Shown here piece after piece: positions 1-10,573 of a stretch of DNA of 64,000 bases (the first letter of the stretch is position 1; each line of letters opens with the position of its first letter). The stretch is from an uncultured cyanobacterium (lineage in GTDB: Bacteria; Cyanobacteriota; Cyanobacteriia; Cyanobacteriales; CAWCAG01). The stretch spans positions 224,001 to 288,000 of the forward strand of contig CAWCAG010000009.1 in NCBI GenBank assembly GCA_963793425.1, in the 5' to 3' direction. The translations under genes and the position numbers were made by a program. The notes beneath the pieces are model-generated. The model did not search any database, was not told the DNA's origin, and saw only the letters and a list, made by a program, of their open reading frames with translations.

Positions 1-890
1 AAGGATTTTTTGGTAAAAAACTGGCTCCTTTTAAATCCTTGCCAGATTTTCAGTATGAAGATTTCCTAGGTTGGCAAGAACAAGGAGATGGCAAACTATT
101 TTTAGGTATTTCCGTAGAAAATGGCCGAGTAAAAGATGAAGGTAACTTCCAGCTTAAAACTGCCCTGAAAAAGATTATTGAGCAGTATGAGTTACCCATG
201 CGTTTAACGGCTAACCATAACATCATTTTGTACGAAATCGAACCAGCTTGCCAAGAAAATATTCAACAGATCCTGCAACAACATGGTGTGGTTTCCCCAG
301 ACAAAATTGATCCCTTAGTGCGTTACTCTATGGCTTGCCCCGCCTTACCAACCTGTGGTTTAGCGATTACAGAGTCTGAACGCGCCCTGCCAAGTATTAT
401 CCAACGCATCCGTACCCTACTCAACAAACTAGGTATGGAAAAAGAACATTTTGTCATCCGCATGACAGGATGTCCTAATGGTTGCGCCCGCCCTTATATG
501 GCAGAATTAGGCTTTGTGGGTAGCGCCCCAGAAACCTATCAAATTTGGTTAGGAGGAACCCCTAACCAAACTAAGTTAGCTAGACCATTTGTTGATAAGT
601 TATCTATAGAGAAGCTAGAAGCCTTCTTAGAGCCACTTTTTGTCTATTTTAAGCAATTCCGCAAACTAGAAGAAAGTTTCGGTGAGTTTTGCAATCGCGT
701 CGGCTTTGATGCTTTACGAGAGTTTTCTGCAACCTATGATTTGGGTAGTTATCAACCTCCTAAAGCAAGTAAGAAACGCCATCGCATCGGTGTGCCAGAG
801 TCAATGTACGACAAGCTGAAAGCAACTTCGGTAGCCCAAGGTAAACCCATGAGTCAGATTGTTACTGAAGCATTGGAAGCTTATTTATAA
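1..890 (+). CDS. sir: Ferredoxin-dependent sulfite reductase, 3' part (5' end outside window)
   Basis: Siroheme/4Fe-4S motifs [12 protein letters not shown] and MTGCPNGC; the frame is open to the window edge; C-terminal RHH-like tail. Confidence 0.93.
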   Translation, partial: GFFGKKLAPFKSLPDFQYEDFLGWQEQGDGKLFLGISVENGRVKDEGNFQLKTALKKIIEQYELPMRLTANHNIILYEIEPACQENIQQILQQHGVVSPDKIDPLVRYSMACPALPTCGLAITESERALPSIIQRIRTLLNKLGMEKEHFVIRMTGCPNGCARPYMAELGFVGSAPETYQIWLGGTPNQTKLARPFVDKLSIEKLEAFLEPLFVYFKQFRKLEESFGEFCNRVGFDALREFSATYDLGSYQPPKASKKRHRIGVPESMYDKLKATSVAQGKPMSQIVTEALEAYL

Positions 891-930
891 CTTTTGGTTA
901 CTTGGTTTTTAGTTTATTGCTCTATTACTC

Positions 931-959
931 AAAAAAGGCGGCCAACTGGCCGCTTTTTA
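931..959. terminator. Bidirectional intrinsic terminator
   Basis: A6-GGCGGCC-AACT-GGCCGC-T5 hairpin after the sir stop. Confidence 0.8.
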
Positions 960-1015
960 CTTAGAATCTTAATTTTATTCCTTTTTTGGTGTAGCTTGAA
1001 GTTTTAAAATTGTTT

Positions 1016-1180
1016 TATGTAAAGAAATGTAAATTTATTTTTGTTTGATTCTTGGCATTTTTCCCTTGACAAGGTAAAATTATCTTAGATAATGGAAATA
1101 TATGCGATTTTTTAAACTAAAGCTTATATTTCCCATTGTAAAATAATACCATTAAAGAAAAATAGAGTCAACCGATAGAT
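1016..1180. repeat. Dispersed intergenic element, copy 1 (candidate ncRNA/promoter module)
   Basis: Ungapped similarity to 45139-45303 and 57000-57164; core CCCTTGACAAGGTAAAATTATCTTAGATAATGGAAATA...TATTTCCC. Confidence 0.85.
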
Positions 1181-1335
1181 AATCAAACTTCTTTGGCTAT
1201 TAGCCCAGAATTGATTCGATGAAAGATATTCGGCTCATACCGAGGCAATATCTAAATCTAAGCAATATTTTGCCATCCCCCAACAAATATCAACTCCATA
1301 CCGCAAATCAATAACAACCAGCATCGTCAAGCATT

Positions 1336-1365
1336 AAAAAAAAGGCAGCCAGTTGGCCGCCTTTT
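1336..1365 (-). terminator. Intrinsic terminator of the porin gene
   Basis: GC hairpin followed by a T8 run on the minus strand, ~30 bp past the porin stop. Confidence 0.8.
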
Positions 1366-1396
1366 AACTTATAAACCTTAATTTTACTCTGAGGGA

Positions 1397-3051
1397 TTAG
1401 AATGTGAAAGTTGTACGCAGAACACCAACGTAAACGGTGTCGTTAGCATCGTTATGCTCAGGGTTGAAGATGACCATCAATCCAGGAGTGATGAGAACAT
1501 TCTTGCTGACTCTGTACTTGTACAATGCTTCTAAGAGGTAAGAAGTATCAGGATCTTCTGTAACACCATCACCACCAGTTAACTTAGGAGGCATACCGAA
1601 CATAATTCCTAATACGTTACCTTCACCACCTAAATCTTTGAAAGCAACGCGGGTAGTCCAGTTCCAAATATCAGCACTATTACCAGTAATTTCGTCCTCT
1701 CCATCTACGTAACCAACCCAACCACCAACACTTATAGCATCAGTAAGGGCAAAGTCACCTTGGATACCAAAGCGGTTAGCAGATGTTGCATTTGAATCAA
1801 ATGGTCTTCTAGCGTTCTCACTACCTGTACTACCAGAAAGGTTAATATCATTGTCTCCCGTCCCGACAGGGATACCTGAATAGTAACCACGACCGTAGGT
1901 AGCAGATAAAGCTAACTTATCTTCCAGAAGACTCAAGTTAAGCTGAGCTAAAGCAGTATAACTTCCGTCGAACAAAATACCTTCTTCATCAGCAGGGTTT
2001 TCGCATCAGGAACACCATAAGCTAGTTGTAGATTGAGGTTATCGCTAAACTCATAGGTTAGTCCTGCACCTGCATCAACTGGAAAGCGGTGTACCGCAGG
2101 GTTACGACGATTGAAACGAGATAATGCACCAGTACCACTGCTAGCAAATAGAGGGTTAGTTTCCTCAAGTAGATCGTTTTCGCTAACTACTGGAGCAATG
2201 ATAAAGCTGAGTTTGTCACCTAAAGGAGCTTGATAGTACAACCTGTTGATACCAATATTATTATTTCCACTATCAGATTCATAACCCAAACGGGACATTT
2301 CTGTACCAGTCCTGTCGTCCATACCAACCATATTACCAGCTTGTAAGCGAGTCCTTAAGCGATCTCTGCCAGTGAAGCTAGTATCTAATGTTAAGCGGAC
2401 GCGATCACTGAAGGCAATATTGTCATCAACTTCATCTGTAGAATCAGCTTTGTTGTCACCAAAAGCACTATCTAAACTAAAGATAACTTCACCCTTCAAC
2501 TTAGTAGTAGTGGAGAATTGATTATCTTCAACAAAAGCAACGCGCCCTTCTAAATCATCTACCCTTGCACCCAAGACAGCTAATTCTGCTTCAAACTCTT
2601 GAACTAGGCGGCGTAGAGTAACTAAGTCTTCACCATCTACACTGCCGATATTTTCTTCAACCCACTCCATACAACGGCTAACCGCTGCGGCGAACTCATA
2701 GCGGGTGATGTTACGCTGCCCTTTGAAGGTTCCGTCAGGATAGCCGACAATACAACCGTACTTGTCCACCATCTTTTGTACAGCACTAAACCAGAAAGGA
2801 TCGATGTCTGATAGCTGGTTAACGCTAGTAACCTGATCTAATGATGTTTCGTCACCGTTGTAGTCATTGATTTGTTGCAACATCTCATCTGTAGATAGAG
2901 ATGCGTCTGCAACTTCTTGAGAAGTGCTTGCTTCGCTAGTAACTGCTTCAATAGCAGAAGTTTCAGCAGCAAAAGAACTATTTGTAACTAACAAGGAAGC
3001 GCCCAGTACTGCGGGAGCAACTTTGCAAACTTGCCAGAGCAATTTTGACAT
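1397..3051 (-). CDS. SLH-domain OprB-family cyanobacterial porin (iron-uptake/carbohydrate porin), split by a one-base frameshift near 2003
   Basis: SLH (YGCIVGYPDGTFKG..ITRYEFAA), QFSTTTKLKGEVIF and C-terminal GVLRTTFTF; ORFs 1948-3051 and 1397-1975 join as ...DAENPADEEGILFDGSY if one G is restored. Confidence 0.9.
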
Positions 3052-3298
3052 AATTTCTTAGCCTCAACACCTACAAAATATAAGGAATTTTTTAACTATC
3101 TAGCGATGTACTATGATAACCACATCTTACGGAAGATAGAGTAAACAATAGGTTAAGGAATCAGTTATTTTCACTCCCACCCTTGGCTGTTTGAAAATAA
3201 GTTATATGTAATAAGATATCTTGACTTTTAAGTAATTTTGTGCAGCAAAAATACCATGTCATAGTCACTTTCACTGATCATTGATCATTGATAACTGA

Positions 3299-4153
3299 TC
3301 ATTGACAACTAACAACTGATTCCCGCATCACATCCACTGGCACTGGTTGCTGTAACCAAATTTCTAAAGCTGCTGCACCTTGTTGAATAAGCATTTCTAA
3401 GCCACTAATAGCGATTGCACCTTGATTTTGAGACTGTTGGAGAAATTTAGTTGGGTTAGGAGTATAAATTAAGTCGTAGGCGATCGCCTCAGAAGATAAT
3501 TTCTTGATTACCTCCGCTTCCACAGGAGAATGATCAACTTGGGGAGACATTCCCACCGGGGTACTATTAATTAATAGTTGGGTTTGAGAAATTAACCCTG
3601 GTAATTCTGTCAGATTATGAACTTTTACTACGTCTTGGAGAGGAGTATTTTGCCAACTTTGTTGGAATTGCTTTAATTTATCTTCGTTGCGCCCAACCAC
3701 AGCAATTTCCGGGCAGCCTAGTTGCCAGCAACCTACTACCACAGCCCTAGCTGCCCCACCATTTCCTAAAACAATTGGGGTGATTTGACTCCAATCTTTT
3801 TGTAAATCCTGCAAGGGGGCCATGAATCCTTTAACATCGGTATTCGTGCCACTCCAACCCTCCTGATCACGCCAAACAGTGTTAACAGCACCAATCATTT
3901 TTGCTTCGGGGGAGATGTGATTGAGTAAAGGTAAGATTGCTTGTTTGTGAGGAATGGTAATATTAAACCCCACTAAACCTATCGCTTCAAAACCAGCGAT
4001 CGCTTTGCTTAAATCCTCTCGTTTGACGGGTATTGGTAAGTAAACATAATCTACTCCTAATTGTGCGATCGCAGCGTTGTGCATAACAGGAGACAAAGAA
4101 TGTTCTACCGGTTGCCCGATGACACCAAGAAGTTTAGTCTTACCGTTGATCAT
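3299..4153 (-). CDS. aroE: Shikimate dehydrogenase
   Basis: GQPVEHSLSP, NITIPHK, GAVNT, NTD, GNGGAA motifs. Confidence 0.95.
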   Translation of the reverse strand: MINGKTKLLGVIGQPVEHSLSPVMHNAAIAQLGVDYVYLPIPVKREDLSKAIAGFEAIGLVGFNITIPHKQAILPLLNHISPEAKMIGAVNTVWRDQEGWSGTNTDVKGFMAPLQDLQKDWSQITPIVLGNGGAARAVVVGCWQLGCPEIAVVGRNEDKLKQFQQSWQNTPLQDVVKVHNLTELPGLISQTQLLINSTPVGMSPQVDHSPVEAEVIKKLSSEAIAYDLIYTPNPTKFLQQSQNQGAIAISGLEMLIQQGAAALEIWLQQPVPVDVMRESVVSCQ

Positions 4154-4465
4154 TAAAGATAGATGAGAAGTAGCGTTGCCCAGAAACTATCGTACCCGAA
4201 TACCTAACCCTAACAAATAAGTCTTACCACTCAACAACAATTTAGCTTCACTTAGCAACTTTTCTCTAGCAAAAGTTTATTCATCCTCACCCTAATTTAA
4301 TTGTCATAGCTATTCACCCTCGTTTCAGAAATAAAAGGGACAAATGAATTAAGATACATTTGCTAATGTAGTGAGGGGTCTAACCCCTCATCGAGAAAAA
4401 GTTTTTGCTTTTTTTTGGTCAAGCTACCCAATTAAAGCTGAATTAACTAGAGGGGAAAACATTCT

Positions 4466-5056
4466 GTGTCTAATCAATCTACTTTACAACATCCAAGCTA
4501 TATGGAGATTCCCAGTGGCCAGAACATGAGTACTAATGCCCCTTTCTCAAAGCTAAAGAAAAACAAACAGCAAGTATTTAACCAAAATGCTTTGAATAAG
4601 GGTGTGAATCTAACCATGATGATAACCGAAGAAATCAAGCTTGATCTGGGGAAACTCAAATGTTTTGAAATAGTAGAAAATCAGTTTGCCCATTTAGGCT
4701 TAACTTGCTGCAATGGAATCGCCATCCAAACCTCCAACCCCGCCTTCCCACCTGGGCAAGGAGAAATTTCTTTAATTAAACGAACCATTAACTATTGCCT
4801 AGAGTTGAAATTTGAGCAACCCATTAGCTCGTTTAACTGTCATGTAACTAGTTCTCGCAAAACTATCCTTTCCGGCTACGATAGCAAAGGACAATTGCTC
4901 ATACGCTCAGAAATTCCCCAATCTAACTTAGCTGGTTCTGGTTCTCAAATTTCTGCCAATGCTCCTCTAGGAATGAAAGCTAGCAATATTTCTCGAATTA
5001 CCATTGATGCTTTTGACGGTCAATTAACTGTCACAGACTTGAGTTATGGTTTCTAA
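4466..5056 (+). CDS. Conserved cyanobacterial hypothetical protein
   Basis: 196-aa ORF with an AGGGG RBS-like sequence; no recognisable catalytic motif. Confidence 0.6.
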   Translation: MSNQSTLQHPSYMEIPSGQNMSTNAPFSKLKKNKQQVFNQNALNKGVNLTMMITEEIKLDLGKLKCFEIVENQFAHLGLTCCNGIAIQTSNPAFPPGQGEISLIKRTINYCLELKFEQPISSFNCHVTSSRKTILSGYDSKGQLLIRSEIPQSNLAGSGSQISANAPLGMKASNISRITIDAFDGQLTVTDLSYGF

Positions 5057-5151
5057 AGTGCGAAAATTATTTTATATTTTCAACAGACACCGAACTGTGT
5101 AGTTCTCAATTGAATTATCATTAAGTACCGCAATTACTTCAGGAAACCTTC

Positions 5152-5949
5152 GTGACACAGCAGTCGTTCTGGTGGAAGCAACTTAATAAATTTGTTGATC
5201 ACCCCATTCCCAAATTGCAGCCAGGTAAACAGCCTAAAAGAGAAGAGCGAATCTTCTTATCATTTTTTCTCAATCAATTTCAGGGAGGAAGTGGTTGGTT
5301 ATTACTTTTGTTCGCTATTGTAGCAATGCTATTCTGGAACTGGAAGCTGCTCTTAGCTACCAGCACTGGGGTAGGGGCAATGGTTGGTATTTATCTGTTC
5401 CAAGGACGAGACTGGCAAACCTACTGGTTAAAATTGAGACAGTTTTTCAGTGGTACGAATCGTCAGTTAACCCTAGCTGTTACTAGTGGAGGCATGACAG
5501 CATTATGTACCTATATGGCTGCTTCTATTTGGGTTGATGCCCAAAACCATTGGTTAGCCACAGGAGCAATTATTCAAGGTTTAGGTATCCTTCTCACTCT
5601 CGTGCTTTTAGTTTGGCAAATCATCACTCGTTACGAAGACAAAGAAGAAAGCCGCTACGACAGAATTTTGACTAATTTAACCCAACCTGATTCTCTCCAA
5701 CGCTTAATCGCTGTACGCAAGCTAACTCGTTTAGCAAAAAATCCTCGATTTCAACAAGTTTACGGACTTCAAGTTGCTGAATATTTTCGCCTCATGCTCA
5801 CCAAAGAAAGCGAAGAAGTTATTCGCGAAGCTATTCTAGATGCTTTACAGGTTTGGGACAATAAGCAAATACCAGAAAAAAGCTGTCCCCCCCTACAAAT
5901 GCCCATTAACCTAAAACGTACTACAACCAGAGTTCATAGGCGAGTCTAG
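5152..5949 (+). CDS. Membrane protein with C-terminal HEAT/armadillo-like helix pair
   Basis: 4 hydrophobic segments, then LQRLIAVRKL...IREAILDAL. Confidence 0.65.
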   Translation: MTQQSFWWKQLNKFVDHPIPKLQPGKQPKREERIFLSFFLNQFQGGSGWLLLLFAIVAMLFWNWKLLLATSTGVGAMVGIYLFQGRDWQTYWLKLRQFFSGTNRQLTLAVTSGGMTALCTYMAASIWVDAQNHWLATGAIIQGLGILLTLVLLVWQIITRYEDKEESRYDRILTNLTQPDSLQRLIAVRKLTRLAKNPRFQQVYGLQVAEYFRLMLTKESEEVIREAILDALQVWDNKQIPEKSCPPLQMPINLKRTTTRVHRRV

Positions 5950-6012
5950 GTACTCCCGGCTCCCTACTCTCTCCCTTCACAAACAACCTGTGCTGCCAAA
6001 TAAGATTTGATA

Positions 6013-7422
6013 TCACCTCCTCCCCTGTCCAGAAGGATTAGGCCAAGAAATTCTTTCTTGTGTTGCTAGCAAATTAGAAACTGCCGCTGCACCATAGAGA
6101 TTAAGGTGGCTAGGATCTGCGAAATAACTATTTTGATTTAACCAAATTTTCCCCAGATCAACAAAAGTAAAGCCTAATTGATTGGATTTTTGTTGCATTA
6201 CCTGGACAAACTGCTGTTCAGCATTTTGCCTGGTGGAATCGAGATAGGTTTGGGTCAAAGGTAAATTAACAAAGACCAAGGGTATTCCTGCTTGTCTGGT
6301 ATAAGCAACCAAACGACTTAGTGCTTCTACTTGCTGCCCTCCCAGGCTAAAGTTTTGGTAATCCCCATCATAAAGACCTGCAACCCTTGGATATTGTTGA
6401 AAATAGGTATTAGGGTCAAAGCGAAAAGATATCGGTAGAAAACCATTAGGATCAATAGCGTTAACATCTATAGCAGCAATAGCAGCTTCAGTAGACCAAG
6501 GTAAAAATTGAGCCAAATCAACTTGAGACAACCAACGGAGAAACTTTGGTTGTGAAGAGACATTATCAAATTCTTTACAAACATTCCCTTTACCCGACGG
6601 TCTTTGCGGCAATTGAGGAAGATTGCCAGCCAGGACGTTGCGATATCCTGCTGAAGAAATAATGCCATTATAAGTCCGGTCTACTCTACCATCATTGAAA
6701 GCTCTTACTCCATCAGCCCAAATGATTAGCCGGGGTTTTTGGTCAGTAGCCAGGATGTTTTGGATGATTAAATCTACAACTTGGGCCGTTGCTCCATTAA
6801 CCCCTAAATTAAATACCTGTAGTTTTCCTTGTCCATTCCTCATTAAGGCAGATTCAAGTTGTCTAGGGTTTACTCCTTGTACTGCGCGGGAACTTCCTAC
6901 CACCAAAACATCTGGGGTTCCCATAGCAGCAACATAGGAAAGGTAAAGTAAGAGTTGTTTATCAAGAAACTGGCTGTTAAAACTGGCAAAAGGTATCTGA
7001 GTGGGGGCCGCTAATGCCTTTTGTTGAGCTACTGCAAGATTTTTTTGATATTCAAGAACTTTTTTTTGAGCAAAAGTTTTTTCTGGACTGGAAATTGGAA
7101 TTGTTTGCATCCCTTCGATGGCTTGTATCCAGTTTAAAGCCACCGTGTTCCAATCTTGAGCTGATTGAGCCGACTGAGCGAGGGTAGCTGCCCTAAAAGC
7201 CGTTTCGAGAGCCTGAGCCAATGAGCTACCTGGAACACAATTGGTTGCGGCTTTAGCTTGTTTAGAACGGGAAAAGACTTCTGAGGGGGAAATTTTGATG
7301 GGCGAACAGCCTGCTGTTGCGCTCAAAAGTATCAATAGGGTTAGTTTGAATATTACCCTCCCTTTAGCAAGGGAGCTATTGATGTTGAATTTGCTTTGAG
7401 AAAAAAGCCAGAATCGAGGCAT
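6013..7422 (-). CDS. Putative lipoprotein with SGNH-like (DUF1574-like) C-terminal domain
   Basis: Lipobox-like TAGC; VGSSRA, FNLGVNGA and FADPSHLN (DxxH) SGNH-type blocks. Confidence 0.65.
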   Translation of the reverse strand: MPRFWLFSQSKFNINSSLAKGRVIFKLTLLILLSATAGCSPIKISPSEVFSRSKQAKAATNCVPGSSLAQALETAFRAATLAQSAQSAQDWNTVALNWIQAIEGMQTIPISSPEKTFAQKKVLEYQKNLAVAQQKALAAPTQIPFASFNSQFLDKQLLLYLSYVAAMGTPDVLVVGSSRAVQGVNPRQLESALMRNGQGKLQVFNLGVNGATAQVVDLIIQNILATDQKPRLIIWADGVRAFNDGRVDRTYNGIISSAGYRNVLAGNLPQLPQRPSGKGNVCKEFDNVSSQPKFLRWLSQVDLAQFLPWSTEAAIAAIDVNAIDPNGFLPISFRFDPNTYFQQYPRVAGLYDGDYQNFSLGGQQVEALSRLVAYTRQAGIPLVFVNLPLTQTYLDSTRQNAEQQFVQVMQQKSNQLGFTFVDLGKIWLNQNSYFADPSHLNLYGAAAVSNLLATQERISWPNPSGQGRR

Positions 7423-8213
7423 AGCAGTTTGTTCAGAGTTGGTGACAAGGTTATGACTCTCTGGTTAAGCTCTAGGCTTAAGTATGAAAACTTAGTTTAT
7501 AGCAGCCTTAAGAAGATGATTTTTAACCTTAAAACCAATTTAAACCAGAAAATCGCCTTTTTTTTACCTTAGAGCCTTCCATTTTCTAGAGAGTTTGTTA
7601 ACTTAGTATGCAGTCCTTCTTTTGGAATTAGAACATATGTATTGATTAAAGAAATTATTCACCTCTGAATTTGGCAATATTAAGGGGATAACAGGAGGAA
7701 GTTTGTAATTTTTTGCGTATTATGCTGTCATTTTTGAATTAATTCATTAAAATGGCTGAGGATCTTTGAGTTAGTTCTCAGAGATAATTAGATTCAAAAG
7801 TTACAAACCTTGGCTGAGATTTAGTTCTTAACCTCAAGAACTAATGCTAATTCTGTCTATTACTCAACTTAGTTAGAGTTAGAAACCGAATAGCTAAATA
7901 GTTAATCTTCATTTCTGATCTGAAAATTAACTTTGAAGCTAATAAAAAGTTGGGAAATTAGACCCAAATTTTGTAAGAAAGGCTACAATCGGAAAAGTCT
8001 TCTTTAGAACTTTTTAGAAGACTAGCATTTGGTAGAATAAAGCATTTCTACCTAAAGTTAAGTCTTGAGGAAAACCTTCTCAATTTCTTATATACCTAAC
8101 GGTTGAAGAATATTTTGAAGGACTACCCAATTTAGACATAACAACTGACCAATTTTGAGTTCACAAAAACTAATCTTCTGGTCTTGAACTGAAGGAGCAA
8201 GAGGAAATAAGGC

Positions 8214-9350
8214 ATGACGCAGGCCAGCGAAGTACTCGCAACTATCACCCAGCCTCATAGTGAGTTGGAACTATTAATCGACGAAGATGCAAACTCAACC
8301 CCCCCAGGTCGAGAAGACCTGAATGGGTCATCTGGAGAGGAAAGCAATGGCAAAGTCGCCAAGATGACTACCCCTCGCCGTCGTGAACAAACAAAAAAGA
8401 AACCATTCACCGAAGATTCTATTCGTATTTATCTTCAAGAAATTGGTCGTATTAGACTGTTGCGGGCCGATGAGGAAATCGAACTCGCCAGGAAAATCGC
8501 CGATTTATTGGAACTAGAGCGCATTCGAGAGCAACTCATCGATCAATTAGATCGTGAACCTAATGATCGCGAATGGGCAGAACAAGTCAATATGGAGTTG
8601 CCCAAATTCCGTCGCCGCCTCTTTATGGGTCGGCGTGCCAAAGATAAAATGGTTCAATCCAATTTGCGCCTAGTGGTATCCATTGCCAAGAAGTATATGA
8701 ATCGTGGTCTATCTTTCCAAGACTTGATTCAGGAAGGCTCTTTGGGCTTAATTCGGGCAGCGGAAAAGTTTGATCATGAAAAAGGTTATAAATTTTCAAC
8801 CTATGCAACTTGGTGGATTAGACAGGCAATAACCAGAGCGATCGCCGATCAATCTCGTACTATTCGTCTACCAGTTCACCTTTATGAAACTATTTCTCGG
8901 ATTAAGAAGACTACCAAGATTCTTTCTCAAGAAATGGGACGCAAACCTACTGAAGAAGAAATCGCAACTCGCATGGAAATGACCATCGAGAAGTTACGAT
9001 TTATTGCTAAGTCTGCTCAGTTACCTATATCTTTGGAAACGCCTATTGGTAAAGAAGAAGATTCCCGCTTAGGGGACTTTATTGAAGCTGATGGGGAAAC
9101 TCCAGAAGACCAAGTTTCTAAGAATTTGCTCCGGGAAGATTTAGAAAATGTTCTCGAGACCCTTAGCCCTCGCGAACGTGATGTATTGCGTTTACGTTAT
9201 GGCTTGGATGATGGCAGAATGAAAACCTTAGAGGAAATTGGTCAAATCTTTAATGTTACCCGTGAACGCATTCGCCAAATTGAAGCGAAAGCTTTGCGGA
9301 AGTTGCGTCATCCTAACCGCAACAGCATTCTTAAAGAGTATATTCGGTAA
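8214..9350 (+). CDS. rpoD: Principal RNA polymerase sigma factor SigA/RpoD
   Basis: [53 protein letters not shown]. Confidence 0.97.
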   Translation: MTQASEVLATITQPHSELELLIDEDANSTPPGREDLNGSSGEESNGKVAKMTTPRRREQTKKKPFTEDSIRIYLQEIGRIRLLRADEEIELARKIADLLELERIREQLIDQLDREPNDREWAEQVNMELPKFRRRLFMGRRAKDKMVQSNLRLVVSIAKKYMNRGLSFQDLIQEGSLGLIRAAEKFDHEKGYKFSTYATWWIRQAITRAIADQSRTIRLPVHLYETISRIKKTTKILSQEMGRKPTEEEIATRMEMTIEKLRFIAKSAQLPISLETPIGKEEDSRLGDFIEADGETPEDQVSKNLLREDLENVLETLSPRERDVLRLRYGLDDGRMKTLEEIGQIFNVTRERIRQIEAKALRKLRHPNRNSILKEYIR

Positions 9351-9524
9351 CCAATAGTAGACAGTAGGTAATTGGTAAGAAGCTATCTCACTATTTGGGG
9401 GGCAATTGCCTACTACTACATTTTTCTTACTTAGATTAATGAAGATAAATAACTTAATGGGAAAAGGGAAACACAATATTTTCCTTTTCCATTTACATCT
9501 AATAGGTAATAATTCAAAAGCAAG

Positions 9525-9556
9525 AAAGCTGAGTTCATAGAGAAAACTCAGCTTTT
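9525..9556. terminator. Hairpin terminator between convergent rpoD and hli
   Basis: AAAGCTGAGTT...AACTCAGCTTTT inverted repeat. Confidence 0.65.
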
Positions 9557-9581
9557 AAGATCAAAGATTGATAGAGGAATC

Positions 9582-9746
9582 TTACAGCAATCCTAGAAAA
9601 TGAAGTACTCCTTGACCGGAGAGTAACTCAACAGCTAAAGCTGATACAAAACCAATCATTGCTAAACGGCCGTTCCAGTTTTCTGCACCGGGTGTAAAAC
9701 CAAATTCAAATTCGTTACGCTTCTCTTGCACAATCTTATCTTCCAT
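9582..9746 (-). CDS. hli: High-light-inducible protein (Hlip/Scp, CAB/ELIP/HLIP family), 54 aa, not in the ORF track
   Basis: My translation is [54 protein letters not shown], which has the ExxNGRxAMxG motif; AAGGAG RBS. Confidence 0.95.
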   Translation of the reverse strand: MEDKIVQEKRNEFEFGFTPGAENWNGRLAMIGFVSALAVELLSGQGVLHFLGLL

Positions 9747-9782
9747 GATTTATTCTCCTTACAGTTGCTGACAGCAAAGGTG

Positions 9783-9800
9783 TATGTAAAATAATGTAAC
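9783..9800 (-). promoter_or_regulatory. HLR1 (RpaB-binding) direct repeat upstream of hli
   Basis: Minus strand GTTACATT-AT-TTTACATA matches (G/T)TTACA(T/A)(T/A)-N2-repeat. Confidence 0.8.
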
Positions 9801-9926
9801 GAAGTTTTTTTGAAGTTGCAACAATTCTTAGTATTAAAAAAATAAACTCTGTCTTGGGGTGAAGATCATTTATCATTTGTCATTAAACATTTATCATTAG
9901 TAATACTATTTCTTTGAGGAATTATT

Positions 9927-10352
9927 TTGGGACTCAAGACAATTATTGTGGCTATAGATAGTTCAGAAAGGTCAAGGCATGAAGTTGTAGCAGCCCTCAA
10001 AGCTTTCTATATCCAACCAATAACTAAAATAATTTTCTCCCACGTCTCTCCTACATTAAATCTTGCTGATGAAGATGCTTATAAACCTCATCAGCCTCAA
10101 GAAGAAACCCATCGTCGGTTAGAAGGAGAAGTTAAGTCCTATCAAGATCAGTTAGGGGGTAAGTGCGAGTTAGAAATAGTGAGTGGCGATCCAGCAGAAG
10201 AGATTGTTCGTCTGGCTAATATTTATGATGCTGACTTGATTGTAATTGGTAATCGCGGTTTGAAGGGTTTTAAGCGAGTTATAAAAGGCTCTGTGAGCAG
10301 TCAAGTTGTATCTGATGGCCCTTGCTCGGTTTTGGTGGTTAAGGCTGGTTAG
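9927..10352 (+). CDS. Universal stress protein (UspA family)
   Basis: IIVAIDSS, GDPAEEIV, ADLIVIGNRG..GSVSSQV..PCSVLVV. Confidence 0.9.
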   Translation: MGLKTIIVAIDSSERSRHEVVAALKAFYIQPITKIIFSHVSPTLNLADEDAYKPHQPQEETHRRLEGEVKSYQDQLGGKCELEIVSGDPAEEIVRLANIYDADLIVIGNRGLKGFKRVIKGSVSSQVVSDGPCSVLVVKAG

Positions 10353-10573
10353 CAAGCGACTCATTCATTGGCATAAGCATTATCCTAGGAATAAGTAAAA
10401 AGCAAAAAGCTCTTACTAATCAAGATGATTCTCAATTGGGAACGAGAACTTTGGCACGATCGCCTGAAGAATACTAAAAAATTGCCCCCTATTGAATCAG
10501 ATCAAGCTTCACCGCTTCGGAAATTCCCTTGTCTGTCATGATGCTAACTCCGCATTAGAGTGTTTTTGCAAAG

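Noticed and set aside
1057..1156. CRISPR repeat/leader interpretation of the dispersed element (palindrome ending ...ATGGAAAT)
   Set aside because: No tandem direct repeat-spacer units follow any copy, and there are no cas genes in the window.
10425..10541. 38-aa ORF MILNWERELWHDRLK...
   Set aside because: Possibly a gene fragment, but no recognisable family or RBS support.
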